DNA of 64,000 nucleotides. Source: Phoronis australis (Eukaryota > Animalia > Phoronida). Each line of letters starts with the position of its first letter. The stretch's first letter is position 1. Of the stretch, positions 24,355 to 38,686 are shown piece by piece. Made by a program: the position numbers and the translations under genes. The DNA is taken from assembly GCA_002633005.1 (NCBI GenBank), contig NMRA01000378.1, positions 62,001-126,000 on the forward strand. Reading direction: 5' to 3'. A model generated the notes under the pieces. It made no database searches. It had not been told where the DNA came from and saw only the letters and a program-made list of their open reading frames with translations.

Positions 24355-25487
24355 CGATCGCCGATTCGAAACAAAATACTGGCCCAGACTATTGCTTATG
24401 TATGTTCCTCCACCCCGGTAACTGCACACATCAATTTTAATTCCCTGTCATACAGCAATGTACATTTGCGACAGACGTGTAATAACACGTGCTTAAAATA
24501 GGTGAAGAGCGGAAGACAGTCGTCCGATGTGAGTTATCCTTGTAGATCTTGTCGGTCGCCAGTGTATCAACTCAAAAGTGGCCCTTTTACTGAAACTACG
24601 TTGGTCAATTATTTCTCCCAATAAACGTTTTTTCAATGGCAATTGAACACACGCGGTGTTTCATGAAGAAAATTTATTGTCCCGACGCATGCTTATCTTG
24701 AACATTGATGCTGCGGTGCGTTGTTTAGTTATCTAATTGCAATACAAAAAAGTAACCAGATGTCAGCTGAAATGGGTTGGAACTCCTTTTTCAGCGTAGT
24801 CTGGTGCCAACCACAATCCCTTGAATTTATCTGTACCTCGATCACTACAAACGAGCACTCGTTGTAATAAAACATAAAGAATGGACACTAAAATCAGTAC
24901 GCTAAGAATGTTCTACTGAAATATGCATGGAGCTCTACGGAATAAGTTTCGAACAAAATCTTTGAATACTTCTTTCATTTGATCACATTAAATTTCCTTG
25001 GAGTGGAGACTTGACGAAGAATCCCCAAAACAACATCACACCTTTAAGCCGGCTAAGTAACGACAAGACAGACGCACTTTGCACAGACCTGGATTTGTTT
25101 TCACGGACGCTCTTGAAGCAATACCGAACATTTATTTTCGAGCGCAACGGATAGTTTTTTGAGCTCAGTGTCAAATTAAAGGTAATTATACTCTGATTTT
25201 GTATTAGGTGTTGTTTATAACCAAAGTATCAAGGGTTGCTGGTTTCTAACGTGCGTGATTTCATGGGTGATAAACGTGTGGTCAATCTGAAATCTCCGCC
25301 AAACGCCGAGTGTATGTTGTACTTCAAAAAAGAGTAGCACACAAGAAGAAAATAATCATTGGTACATGTAGGTCTACCACCGGAATATCACCAGGGCCTA
25401 GTGTCGTGGCACCGGCTAAGGACAGATCTCAGTAGTGATGTCGAAAAAGGAAAGATTAGAGAGATTCTAAGTTTGGCAGATGTAAAT

Positions 25488-25602
25488 ACATGTATATACA
25501 CATACAAAGACAGATGCACACACACACACACATGCACACATACACACACATTCACACACGCACCCACACACAGACACACATATATATGTATATATATACA
25601 CA
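25488..25602. repeat. Compound (CA)n/(TA)n microsatellite
   Basis: Directly visible. Confidence 0.9.
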
Positions 25603-26016
25603 CGTGACACAATTCAACCAATAAAGACGGTAACTGAGCCGAGAATCCACACAATGTGATAATGAGGACACAGCAGAATAGCTTACATAAAAATTTAATA
25701 CTTAAAAATATATACTTTCTTCTTATAGGATCTTGAGGCGTTATGGACATTCGATCAAACATCGTTTCTTTAAACTTTGGGGCGTACTTCAAACCCAGTC
25801 TCTCGCCCATTATAACCAGTTACGCTATGCTTTGGCATTACTGTCTCTAGATTCATGATCAACATGCATGTACATGTCCCGAGTAATATTAATGAAAAGA
25901 AGACCGATTACAAGTAATAGATAGTGAACAAACATCAGTAAAATAAAAAATGCTAGTCTCTGGTAAGATGGGCAATAAAAAGCGCCACTAGAGATGTTGT
26001 TAGACAGCTCATGAGT

Positions 26017-26491
26017 GACCCGTTCCAAACGCCGTAACAGCATTCAAGAGCCTACTAAATGCAAGACGTTACATGCTTGCAGCACACTGTAATATATTAC
26101 TATAATACATTATATACCGTAACACTCTTCAACGAGTGCCACAGTGCCCACAATGAGACGGCATTTTCTTTGAGCAAAGAAAACAAGTTTGAAGTCGCGA
26201 GACGTAAGAGCTCTGAGATAGCGGTACTTTCATCTGAGGCTGCCATTTTGTAAATTCGGCCCGAAATACAGATTGCTGCTAGTCTCGAACCTGAACTTAA
26301 GCGAAAATCTTGGAAACAAGAGTAAACAGACTTGATCCTGGAGCTCACTGAAAAACGAATGTAGGACTCGTTGAAGAGTGTTACGGTGTGTAATGTATTG
26401 TAGTAATACAGTATAATACAGTGAGCTGCAAGCATGTAACGGCTTGCATTTAATAGACTCTTGAATGGTATTACGGCGATTGGAACGGGTG
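26017..26491. mobile_element. MITE with ~130-bp terminal inverted repeats and a 7-bp TSD (catgagt)
   Basis: 26017-26145 is the imperfect inverse of 26360-26491. catgagt occurs at 26010-26016 and 26492-26498. The paralogous site near 9990 (gctcatgcgtatc) is empty. Confidence 0.85.
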
Positions 26492-26589
26492 CATGAGTAG
26501 CATTCTTGATTTATCAGTACGCACTGCGACTTAGAATCACTGGCGGTCCACTCGTGAGGGGCCTCTGTCTCCGCATCTGCTGGATTACA

Positions 26590-29500
26590 GCACTAGTCTA
26601 GCGGTAGTCCAAGGAAAGATGTTTTTAAGGACATTTTTATTATTTTTCATCTATTTTGACCCATAGTGGACATCGTTCTGTTTCGTAGCACAGGTGCATT
26701 TTTGTTATTCATATACCCGTAGGCTAGCGTTCAACTGAACTCTCACCAAAACTGCTGGGAGGGCACTTGATTACTGAACTCAAAGCCTAGTTCGAGTTGT
26801 TGTCACGAAAAAATAAACAGCTAATGAATTACTTTTTGATGAGAACCTCTAGTATACACTTCGTCTGCAGAGTTAAGGAGGCCTCATTTTGTAGTTGTTC
26901 AAACACGATACTTAGATTTATGAATCTTTAAAAACAACATTTTTGTTTTTTTTGTAAATGTGATGGCCACTTTTTGCTAATATACCAGACTTGTTACCAT
27001 ACCACAGCTTAGTAATCATCCTACGTTTAAGATTAAATGCAAACTACCTTTATGCAATGAAACCACAAAAAATATGAAGTTCATCAGAAGATTTGCCTTG
27101 ATGGTGCACTGAATAACGGCCATTATTCCATGCGTTAACTTTGACTTTTGGAAACAGCCTTGGACCTACTTGAAGCTAACTGCTTGCCTAGGATAAGATG
27201 GGTTTTTGCCTGAGGTACGAACCTGATTTTTTAATCAAAATAATTTGCTCGAAGATTAGGAAACTATAAACAGTGCTATCGACTTGACATAATTTACTTG
27301 GAGAATACAATCAGTTGTGGTCTACTTTTCATTTGGCGGTATTTAGCACCAGGCAGAATAAAAATATCTGCGAATCTTCACTGATTTTGTTCGAAATATC
27401 CTGAAATCTATGGCATCGTACAGAAAATTTGACTTGAAGGTAAATATTCAGCTTTACATGAACGTATCGGATCAGTGGCCTTGTCAGTTTTCAAGTGAAG
27501 ATGAACCCGGTGTGGGGTTCTTTGGGTTTTCGCCTGGCTCCGAAATACTTTTCCTCGAACACTTATTTTTTCATCGTCGCAGCTTTAAAAATTCCCAATG
27601 CATGAACGTACGATTCTAAGCTGAAAAGTACCGCCTGTTTTCTACGTCGAAGCCCTTTCGGAAAGTGCAAAAACGCTCATCAATTCCACCAGGAACGTCG
27701 TTTAGCAACTGTGTATTTGCCTCTTACATCTTGTTTGTTTGTCGGTTATCACGTGACTTTTCGCAAGGACGCAGCGCTTGCGATAGGTCAATTTCTTTGA
27801 CTTGGCTGCTATGACAAACCACGCGGAAGTGACGTGAGCACTGGAAAAATCCACAGATTTCATCAAACTTTGTATCTTTTGCTCACTCAACTCTGGCTAC
27901 ATTTGTATAACGATATGTGCATTATTTAGAGGGGGTGGTTTGCTCATAAAACTGGAGGAAGAATTTTTGGTGTTTTTCTTGATGTAGAAATTTCAAATTT
28001 AACTTTTACAAAAAATAGGACTTCTAACAAAAAAATTAAAAGTTCTTCGTCCCGATTCTAAAAAATCGACCATATTTTCGTATATAAATAACCTTCACAC
28101 CCTTGGTAAGGACTGTCCTATGTGAGCATAGACAGGTGTGCCGTCCATTCTGCGTGTTGTGAATTGACCTATCGCCAGGATTATGACGGACGGCTTAATT
28201 GACCAGTCAGAACGCAGCATTCTTGGCACACCTTCGTCTGCGTTGAAGCTGCTATTTTACCCGAGAAACCACACGTAGTCGAGTAAAACTCACTTTAGTC
28301 TATAGCTCAAGAAATTGTCCGCTAAGAATGGGGAAAAGGTGTTGATATGGCGTGTGTATCACCGACAGCCGTTATGCTGCTCCACTGAGAAGAATATCCC
28401 GTCATTTTTTGGCATGTTCTAAGCCGAAAGATGATGTTGAAAAGCGTTAAAATGGATCAAACTGTACGGCCACACGAGCAGCTGAACTTAGCGATGTTGC
28501 TTGATAACTCGAAGGCTATAGTAAACACAAATATATTAGTTCCAAGATACAGTGTACGTACTTTTCAGCTTGGTGGCTATGGTGCAGGGCTATCTCAGAT
28601 TCTGACTCCCGAGTTTCCTACGTCTGACCGCCTTTTTCTCGGCACCTGCTCGGGATCTCAACACTCTAGCGGTAGTCCCCGGAATTTGTTGTTTTCAAGA
28701 ACATTTTTGGTTTATTTTTTATTTATTTCAACCTAATGGACATTATTTTGTTTCGTATCAGAGGTACATTTTTGTTATTCATAAACCGTAGGCTGGCGTT
28801 CAACTGAACTTCTCTCCCTGTCAAAATTCAGAGATTCGATCGGCACAGGGAAGGGCACTGGATTACTGTCGGAACTCAAAGCCTTCTTGGTCGAGCTGTT
28901 GTCACAAAAAATAAACTGTTGAACTACTTTTTGACGTGTACCTCTAGTATACACTATGTCTGTAGGGTTAGAGAGGTTTCATTTTGAAGTTGTTCAAACA
29001 TGATATTTAGATTTATGAAGCTTTAAAAAAGAATTTGAGTTATTTTTGTAAATACATGTACCCTATTTTTGCAACTAACACACCAGATTCGTAATCTTTT
29101 GTAACCATACCACGACTTAGTGATCATGCTACCTTCAAAATGAAATGAAAGCTACCTGTATGGAACTGAACTACAAAAAAATGCCAAGTTCATAAGAAGT
29201 TAGGCTTAATTTAAATGTCTTATTGGTGCAAACGGACAATTCCATAGGCGGATTTAGGGGGGCAGGGGCCCCAGCCCCCCCTTGACTGCCGCAAGGAAAA
29301 TGAAACAGCAAGAGCGTGAGGAAATATTGAGTTCAGTAACTAGGACCGGTAAAGGAAGAGGGGGGCTCAGACGCCAGATCGCGGCGGAATCGTGTTCCTG
29401 TTTTTTTAGTCCACCGATAGATTTTCTGAACAGAAGTTCCAACGGTATACATCCCTGGCCCCTGCAACTTTCGGGCCGCCTGTACACTATACAATTGCAC

Positions 29501-30178
29501 TTTGCCCAATTCCACGAGGCAACATATGTTGGCCCCCCTGTGGTATCCTAGATCCGCCACTGAATTCCAGACATTAATTCGACTTAGACACTGCCCTAGA
29601 CCTACCGGAGCTAACTGTTAGTGGCCAGGACGAGATGAGTGTGTACCTGAGCTATAAACCTGAATTTTTTATCAAAATATTTCTTTACAAGATTAGAAAA
29701 GCGTAAACAGTGCTATCGAGTCGACCTTTTCAGAGACTATAGTGCATGTGTTGTTTGTAATCTATGACTTACTTTACTCCAGGAGTCCCACCAGTTGTAA
29801 CCTACTTTTCATTTGGCGAAATTTAGCAGACGACAGAATAAAAATATCGGTGAATCTTCACTGATTTTATTCGACAGATCATGAAATCTATGGTTACGTA
29901 CAGATAATTCGACTTTAAGGTACATACCCAGCTTTACATGAACATATCGTATCAGTGGCCTTGTCATTTGTCACGTGAATGTGGCCCCGAGGCCGGGGGG
30001 TTCTTCGGATTTTCGCTGGCTCCTCAAGCACTTATTTTTTCATCGTCACCTTAACAAATTCCCATATCATGAGCGTGCGATTCACTGTTGAAAAGCATCC
30101 CCTCTTGTCTCTGTCGACACGTTTTCAAATAGTACAAAAACACTCATCGATTCCACCAGGAACGTCGTTTAGCGCCAG
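26590..30178 (+). repeat. Diverged direct duplication of ~1.2 kb (A: 26590-~27850; B: 28665-30178, continuing at 43652-~43760)
   Basis: Colinear similarity from tctagcggtagtcc to ttccaccaggaacgtcgtttagc. The continuation gtgtatttgcctct.acatct lies at 27711 in A and 43651 in B. Confidence 0.8.
29243..29562. mobile_element. CA..TG MITE (GGCGGAT-type termini) with a 5-bp TSD (aattc)
   Basis: cataggcggatttagg ... cctagatccgccactg, with aattc on both sides. Absent from duplicate A. Confidence 0.75.
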
Positions 30179-30728
30179 CATAGACTATAGATAGAGACTG
30201 ACAACTCCCGTTAGAGCGCGTTGCGCATGTCGCAGGCCACGGGACATAAGCACTAACGATTAGAGGGCGCTGCACACGCAGGATAGAAAACTATCCTGGT
30301 TCCCGGGCCTCACAAGCTGACGTCACGGATTGCTTGTGAAGGCCCAGGTACAGCGCACTAGAACGATGGTTTTCATTGGCTGTCAGCTGGCAATTTTTAA
30401 ACCAGGAAGTTTTCTCTGCGCATGCTGACATCCGGTATTACGTTATCAGGTCGCTAGGTGTCGCGAGAGTAAAAGTTATTTTGAGACTGGGTCGAGTTTG
30501 CGGTCGGGGGGAACTCTCTGGTGAGGTAGCTGTTTATATATTGTGATATTACCAACAAACTGTAGTAAAATCATGTAATTATCGATTCCTTACTAGGAAA
30601 ATAAACATGAATTAACAATGGCTTCACTCTTTTCACTTGGCATTTTTTCAGTTTCATTGTTTGAATGCTTTTTATGAATTGAAAACGTCCCGAAATCCTG
30701 TATCCTCCCCTGCTGTAAGATCTTACAG

Positions 30729-30887
30729 CAGGGGATGGTCCAGGATTTTGAGTTAGGGGGCAGGGGCAAGGGCAGAGTATTTTGCCCGTCAGACATTTGC
30801 ACCCCCAAACTGCTAAATGGAATCTGGGAGAATTTTAGGCAGGGCCATGACCCCCTTGCCGCCCCCACTTCCCCCTATCCGTCTCTG
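30729..30887. mobile_element. Short CAG..CTG MITE with a 5-bp TSD (tacag); related inverted copy at 42729-42891
   Basis: caggggatggtccagg ... ctatccgtctctg, with tacag on both sides. Confidence 0.65.
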
Positions 30888-33800
30888 TACAGTGTTAAAG
30901 TAAATACTGCTGGCACCCAATTTCCACCACTTCGCAGCCTACACAGTATTCGCCCCCTAGAACACCACAATTTTCGACCCTGCAGGTAGCCACAATTCTC
31001 AAGCTACACCCCCCACCTTGTTGAAATACTAATTTGTTCTTCCCCATTTCCCTTTTTGAGGTGGTACCCCGCACAACTTGAGGGTCCTAAGCCATTCAGA
31101 TCACTTTGGGTATATTCGGGGCCTCAATTTTCTCATTGGAGGTGAATTTAACCTGCGTGATTATCAAACTTAGTGGAAAATGATTGGCCATAAAGTTCGA
31201 GCATGCACTGAAAACATTAACTTCCAAGGGCATCCAGAACACCTTGGGTGTTTTCGTAACCTCAAATTTCACCTAATAGGTGAATGCTCTCTGCATGTGT
31301 GCGGACTTCAGTTTGCCTATTATTGTCACGATTGCAAATCACATGACTTGCCATATTTTGGATAACGTTCATCTCCGAGAGGATATTTGAGGGTACGAAA
31401 ATACCTGAAGTGTTTCTAAGAAAAATTTGTACATGCAAATAGGAAAATAGCTGAGGTGCTCCGGATGTTCTGAGGGTAAATTTGTAGCTAGAAAATACCG
31501 AGAGGTGTTCCAAATGGGCCCTAACCTTCAATTTTGTGCATAATCGAGTACTAGAAGAATCTCCACCCATTTAGACAGTGGTTAAAAAAAACATTCTGTT
31601 TGTGGTCCGAGGTTTGGACTTCAATAAAATTGCAGCCTAGTGTTTCAAATGCACAATCTTTTTATAACAGCTAATGCTAACAAATGAATCCTTTCGTAGT
31701 AATTCTTGTACAGCTGTTGTTTTCACCCATTAAGCTTGAAGAAGTCGGCTCAGAGATTCCTGTTGTCAAAAATGAGTCTGGTGTCCAAGGTTTTAAAAAT
31801 ACAGGTATCGTATTAAAACCCCTATTGCAGCAGTAAAAAGGTACCACTGGCAGTGTTTTTAACTTCCAGAGAGAAACCTGTTGTATTCATGGGAAAAAGT
31901 TTGCTGTGGTAGGGTTTTTTTCAAGCACCATTTTGAAGAGAAATTGTTTGAGAAGAATCACCCAGTTGAGGGTTGTGTCTTGTATAAACCTGTGGGAGTA
32001 CCCCCTTGGAATGGTTTTAGGAGGGTACTCTGAAAGCCCAAGGATGGTGGAATGAACCCTATCCCTATACCTAACAATGTGAGTTGAACATCTTGGAAAG
32101 TACAAGCACAATTGTTGATTTCAGAATGCGCTTATCAGATGGTGTCTTCTAGCTTCCAGATTTCCTTCGAATTAAATCCCTTAAAGTTGCTTCTTATGTG
32201 AAAAAGAATAAATTTTGATCTGAACAAATTACCACTATATGCAGGAATTGGAATGACTATAAGAGGAAAATTTTCCAGGTGATCTATCATTTCACAAATA
32301 GGCTTGTGTGATAGAAATATTTTTGTGTTGTAAAATTAAACTGAAATAAATGTTTTTGCATGAATCAAGCCAAAAATGATGACAAAAAGAAGCTGGAAAT
32401 CAAATAAAAGGAAATAAAAACAAAAAAAAAGAAAATTCCAAGCCCTGTATATATCCGTCTCAACTTGTTCCTTAGTGGACTTGGAAGAATTCAAACTTTG
32501 TTATTGCTCAAAGCCATGGTTATTGCACCAGGTCTTAAGCAATAAGAAACTATCCGTTCAACCGAAGCCAATATACCACATGTAATCTCAGTAAGGAACA
32601 GTACAAGATCAAGAGTCTAATCACGAGCACACACATGAAGATTGACATCAGACACTATTATCCAAATCCAATGCCAATCGTCATGTGAGTGCTTGTGATT
32701 TTTGCTAATTTGGCCAAAAACAACATTGTTTGTACCAGACCAATCTTATATTGTTACATGACAGTTCTAAAAAGAGTTTGGATAAATAGCAGCTTGAAAA
32801 ATGGTACAATTTGTGGATAAGGAATGTCAAAAGGGTTCATTTTTTTCAACACAGTTTAGTACAGATGTTTTATTATTCTCCACATAGCATTTAAATGCTT
32901 TTTGGGTTAAACAGATTCTAGCCCAGTCTTGTATAGATTGATTTAAAACCCTGAGAAGGGATTATGCGATCATGTTTTGGGAATACACCTCTAGAGTGAA
33001 ACTTTCAATCCAAATCGAACTCGAAATTGTTTTTGACACTTCTAGTCCACTTCCTTGCGAGATCAAGATAGTGCTTAATGACCACTAGATTCGAGCTAAA
33101 ATGTGAGTAAAAACTCAAGATTTCTAGTAAAACCTCGAACTCAGACTCAAACTTTTAGCTGTAATGCAGGGATCATTAATTGCCATCAATAAGTACTCAA
33201 GCATAGAATAAAAGAAACTTATCTCAAATTCAAACAAAACTAGAATAGAAAATAACAAAAATAATTCTGAGTAAAAAGTTGAAACCCAGGGTCCAGGTGT
33301 TAATTTTATAATGGTTTATGCTTTCACAAGGCAGTGAATGTGCAACTTGAATGGCAGTCGGGTCTTTAGTAACCTATTCCCATGTAGCAACACTGGTGTA
33401 GTCAGAATTATTCAAGAGGTTGCTAAACTTGAAATTGTTGGCAACCAATGACTGTATTGTGAGGCAACTTGGAGGCACTGCATGAACAGGGGACAGGGAC
33501 AAGGAAGCTTGGCAAGAACAAAACTGAAATGAGTTTCTATCAGGGGAAGGGTTTGCAATGAGGAGGGGATTGCCCTGTTGTGCGCCCACGGCTATGTTAA
33601 TGCCCAGACTTAGTACTTCAGTCTATCGCTAAACTAAACCATAATTAGTAATTAATACATCAGCAAAATAAAGTTTCCGATGGTTAGATAAATTTCTTGG
33701 CATGTTGTGTGTTTCGTAGCTTATGAGTATACTATTTCTGGGAACACATTAATGATGTCAACGTGAGGGTGTTTGCCAGTGCGAATGTTCTGAAACATTT

Positions 33801-34781
33801 CACACTGCCCAACTCTTGCCACGAGGAGGCCCCCTCAGTATAATTTTGAAAAACTGTTCGAAAAGACCGAAATGTTGACTAAAATCACTGCTGTATTATG
33901 TACATCATAACCACAAGAATGAAACACTAGCATGTTGCTCAAAACACTGAGCAAAACATAATGGTAATAGTAACATACAAGGCACCCCCACTTTGAGAGC
34001 CAGTGTTTTCTACTGTACAACAGGAACCTGTTTTTCACTGAGTAGCAGGGGTTAAAACTTGTTCTCAAAATTTGGATTGCCAGTGAGTGACTATTGCCTG
34101 AATAACAATCCAACCCAAGTAACACACAAGAAACCGTCAATTTGGGTTTAGTGACCTAGCTTGAAATCTTTGAAGTACCCTGAGCTCCCAATTTTGAAAT
34201 GTGAGATGTTTTTGCAACTAGTAGTCATTTTAACGAACCAGGTTTTTAAAGTTCGTTTGCATACAATGTCTAACTCCAGGATGCTTTGATTACAGCGAAC
34301 CTTAGTAGATTCAGAATGGTTCTGAGATCTTGTTTTGCAATTAGACTGAAATTAATAGCTGATTGTTGCAAACTCTACAACACTTGACATCATGTGAACG
34401 TGGAAAGCAAAAATGAAACAGTCGAAGAGTCGGGGTCCAGGAGAGAGGAGACTTGCATAGATTTCATATGATCAAATGTGACACTCTGACCAGTGACTCG
34501 GGCATTGCAAAATTCACCATGAAAGGGTGAATTTCCAAATAAATTCCACACAAAAATATTTACTTTTTGGTTGTAACTGTATAAAATAACCCATTTTAGC
34601 ACCAAAAACCACGGAAGGTTTCAGATGCAACTGAAGTTTCTTGTTTTAAAAAGAATACAGCCCAGAGAGCTTTTTGCTGAAATTCAATTCCCTGTAACTT
34701 TGCATAATTATGTTATCAGAAAATTTGACTCTTTCATTGAGGCTCTCACCAAAATGGGTCAGTTTTAATCACTGTGCCAAT

Positions 34782-37700
34782 GGGGCTATTCGGAAAATCC
34801 ACAATCACTAGAGGGCGTGCGTGTACTAGTGGTGATAGATTAACAGCTTCGATTTCGCGAGCCCTTTAAATACATGGTGAAATGGCTTGCAGCCGTGCCA
34901 ACTGAATCTGAGATTGCGTAAAAAGGGTGCTTCTATGAGAGGAAGTGAGCACGACCTCATACAAAGGTAAGGTTTGTGATCATTTTAACGATTATTACAT
35001 GATTATTCTACCGATGCCTGTTAACTGAGGCACTCGCCGATGTCGACTTCGCGGCAGTCAGTCGCCAGCCAGAGTCTGGTTAATCTTTGTATGTTGTGAT
35101 ATGTGATACGATACTTGACGTAGCAATCGGGATCTTTTCGTACATCAAAGCATTATTATTGTTTGGAATGATTTCTAAAAGTTTATCAGTGACAGTTACA
35201 TCAACCAATGCTGAATATTTATGCTGTCAACTCGATACAGGTTAATGAGTTAAGATTACAATCCAATCCCAATGGCAAAGGGTACGTGAGTGATAAATAT
35301 CCATTGCATTAGACTATTTGTTTACTCCCTATCATGTCTTCTGGAAATCTATTACACGTTGAAATGGAAATCTATTACGTCAGTTTTCACGTAACCTTTG
35401 GTTTTTAGGTTTGAAGGCTACTACCGTGCAGAGGAGATATGCATCGCTTCTGCACCGTCCCTGAATGGACAAAAATTGGTTTTTAGCATTTGACTGCAGC
35501 TAACCAACAAGATCTTCCCATCCAGTACAGATCTGTTGTCAAAGCCTACTTTCAATATTTGAGACAACGAACAAAGCCTTTGAAAAGGAACAGCTATTTT
35601 TAAAGTCATTTTGTTAAATTACTTATTCAGGTCCCGAGGGGGGATTGTCATGGGGGGGTTGTAATATTTGGTACAACTGAATATGTGGAAGTAACAGGTA
35701 ATGCATGTTTGGAGAAAAGAGCATGGTGAGGTAATTTTTAACCTTCACGAAGTCCCTTCAAGTTGATTTCATGAAACTGTTTTGCTACTTGTATCAATTG
35801 CAAAACCACGAAAATATATTACATTTTCCGAATTCACAGTGACTGAATAGCCTTAGCCCATGCCTTGAAATGTTGCAAGTCGTTATAAATTCAAATGACT
35901 GCCATTTTTGTGAAAATTGCATTTTTGATTGTGCCTTATTATTTGTAATTACTAGTACTCTTAAACAACAGAAAGATTATCCATCATTTTTAAATGACCC
36001 AAGTCTTCATATCTTCTATTAGAAGAAAAATTAAAATTAGTCTGAGAAACGGTTCCCTCAACCTTAGTCTAGAAATATGCTTGACAGACCCATGAACCTA
36101 TAATCTGAGTTTAAAATTGCTGAAAGTATCAAAATTAAAAAGGCTTGAAAATGGGTAACAAAGGTTTGAAGTTGTCTCAAAAAACTTGTATATTTTACAG
36201 ACGAGTGATGCTTTAAAGAATTGTTATGGCTAGGGATAAAAAATAAAGACACAGTTTTATGCAATACTCATTATATACACTCTTGGTTTCTGAAAATAGT
36301 AATTATTTACTTTTATGTGAAACTGTAGACCGATCACCACATATTTTTGAAAAACAGGGATAACATATTTGTTCCAGGTTCAGTGACATTTTAAGGCCAC
36401 TTCAAGCTGTATCATAGACAAGCTTTGTTACTCCGTTCTCTTCCCACAGCACTTCCACACACCAGCAGTGCTGCATGGCACAATGTGCAAGTCAGTGGTC
36501 CTGGAGAAATGTGAATCGCAGTACTAAGTTACCATAAGACAATGTGCCAGTGGAGTGTCTGTGTATCCAGACGAACTATATCTGACTGCTACACAAATAA
36601 GCCTTGTTGGTGAGGATGCCCTTTCATAGGCAATGAGTCATGTGTGGACAATAGCTTATTTCCTTTCCTGGAAGAAACATGAGGGACTGAAGCTAAAGAA
36701 GACCTAGTAACACTCTGGTCTAGCTCAGAGTCTGATTTTGGGCTCAAAACGATTCAAGTGATATGCTGCTGTGTTTACCTTCAAGGGTCTAATTGTGGAT
36801 GTTATTGAGGCTGAATGAGGTTACATGAAAGAAAGCCACGTGTTGAAACTGGACCTTTTTTACAAGCGCTTCTATAGGCCATTGAAACTAGAACCCAGTG
36901 AAATGAAAGCCAAAAGCTGAGTGACATTAAATTTTCCTTTCAGAAGAAAGGCTTTATACTATTGGTAAAAACTTTTCAATTTGGTACAGATTATGGGGAA
37001 ATGACATTCAGTGACTGCATCGATTGTCTCATTGTATGTTTTCAATTGTAGCTAGCTGGATAAGAATCTGCTATGCACAAGATTCGAGAATAAACAATTA
37101 TCAGTGTATTTAAAAACAAATGGCAAACTGAAAAAGCACAGAAAGAAACAACATTGCGAGGGAGTCCATAATCAGGCATATCAGGTGCTGAATTTCTGAA
37201 TTACGTTCAATTCTCTCAGGTTATTGCTGAAGGATTGCTTTTCACTTTGTCCAACGGTGAAATAGATGGTCAGGCGGTTGGTTTCAGTTGTTTTTTCTTG
37301 CCTGTAACAGAATAGAAATATTAGCAAATTGTAAAAGAAAAGACAAGACAAAACTACTTTTGTAAGGCAGAACATACTTGACATTTCATCTTCATGTTTA
37401 TGTGTAGAAACTAATAACCTTTGTACCCAAGTCTTATTTAATATCTGAATTAAAATATGTGAAACAGGCTAAAAGTGATTTAACAATGTGTATTTTTCAT
37501 GACACTTAAAATGTGCTTCTGATCTCAACAAGTAAAATTCATTCTAGGTGTCAATTTTTTTCCAATGCAATGTTACGACATTTACTGAATTAAGGCTTAT
37601 TCATGTTAATTCGATAACTGAGCTGGTGGTCCTGGGGGTGGGGTCCACGATAAAATAAGGAAACTCACTCATCTAGAGAATTTTATTGGAAACAGCATAG

Positions 37701-38280
37701 TTTTGAAGAGAAACTGCTGTGAAAAAGTCACTCTTGACTTCTGTGCATCACGTACCATACACCTCTTATTTTGGGAGCACTCCCACCCAGGACAATATGA
37801 ATATGTGCTGCTAGCCTACCCGGCATCGGGTGAGTTTCCAAAAAGAAACACTTAGTTCCACTCAATAAAACTGTTATTCAGTGGGGTAACTGGTGGGGAT
37901 AACATCACCGAACGATGTTGATAGAAACTGATTGCTAAAAACTTACCAAGTAATGTTGTGTAGTCTCCGAATGGAACTGCATAGTCATAGACATAGAGCA
38001 CACACGGGGCTTCAGCATCCACACACTTTTTGTCAGTTAGTTGACCCTGTTGACCGCAATTGTCCACGAATATAGTAACCTTAGGTCTTTTGGGAATTTG
38101 TGGCCACCTGTCGAAGACTTGCACCAGGGAAATTAGCAGTAATAAGGCTTAGCGCGACGACGTATTTTGATAAAAATTCCATCTTTTACCAGTTGTTCAC
38201 ATGCAGACAGCCACGCATGCGCAATTCAATCACCACTAGTACAGCAGCGACACCGCGAGGAGAATTCTCCGAATAGCCCC
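34782..38280. mobile_element. ISL2EU-like DNA transposon (degenerate), copy 1
   Basis: TIRs GGGGCTATTCGGA(A/G)AAT with AT on both flanks. The + strand has a SAP-like remnant (LRKKGASMRGSEHDLIQR, ~34900-34966) and YqaJ-exonuclease-like remnants (AVLHG, LYLTAT..LVGED, LKLKK, VFTFKG; 36380-36900). The - strand has a THAP remnant (C.FPWC...HKFPKD...W...VNR; 38000-38150). Confidence 0.75.
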
Positions 38281-38686
38281 ATTCAAAAAAGGGTGAGGTT
38301 TTATCTTGCTGACTATACAAAAGAGTGTGTATAATCTTAATTTCACAGCAACAAACACCCTCCGAAATAACTGAATACTCTGTACGACTGTAGGATGGCA
38401 GTCAGAGGCACTGCTGAATGGCACTGCTGAATGCCACCACTACAAGCGATGTCAGTCATAATAAAACTATTGCTAGACTGGTTATTGTTTGTGTGTTTAG
38501 GACCATTGACTCTATTTTTATGCTCCTAACTTCTGTGTGTAGTGACAAGTGTGCCAGTGTATTATACATTACAATGACAATGTCATAAATAGCAGTATTT
38601 CAGCATATATCCTTATCTGACCCAATTCAACCTTCACGGTAATCACGGGAGCTTACATAACATACATGAACATGTTAACATACGAG

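Noticed and set aside
25359-25810. ORFs with HT/VC repeats
   Set aside because: Translation of a CA microsatellite.
18560-26520. Protease duplication as an uncollapsed haplotype
   Set aside because: Introns are strongly diverged and carry different insertions, which exceeds what is expected of alleles. Read depth would confirm.
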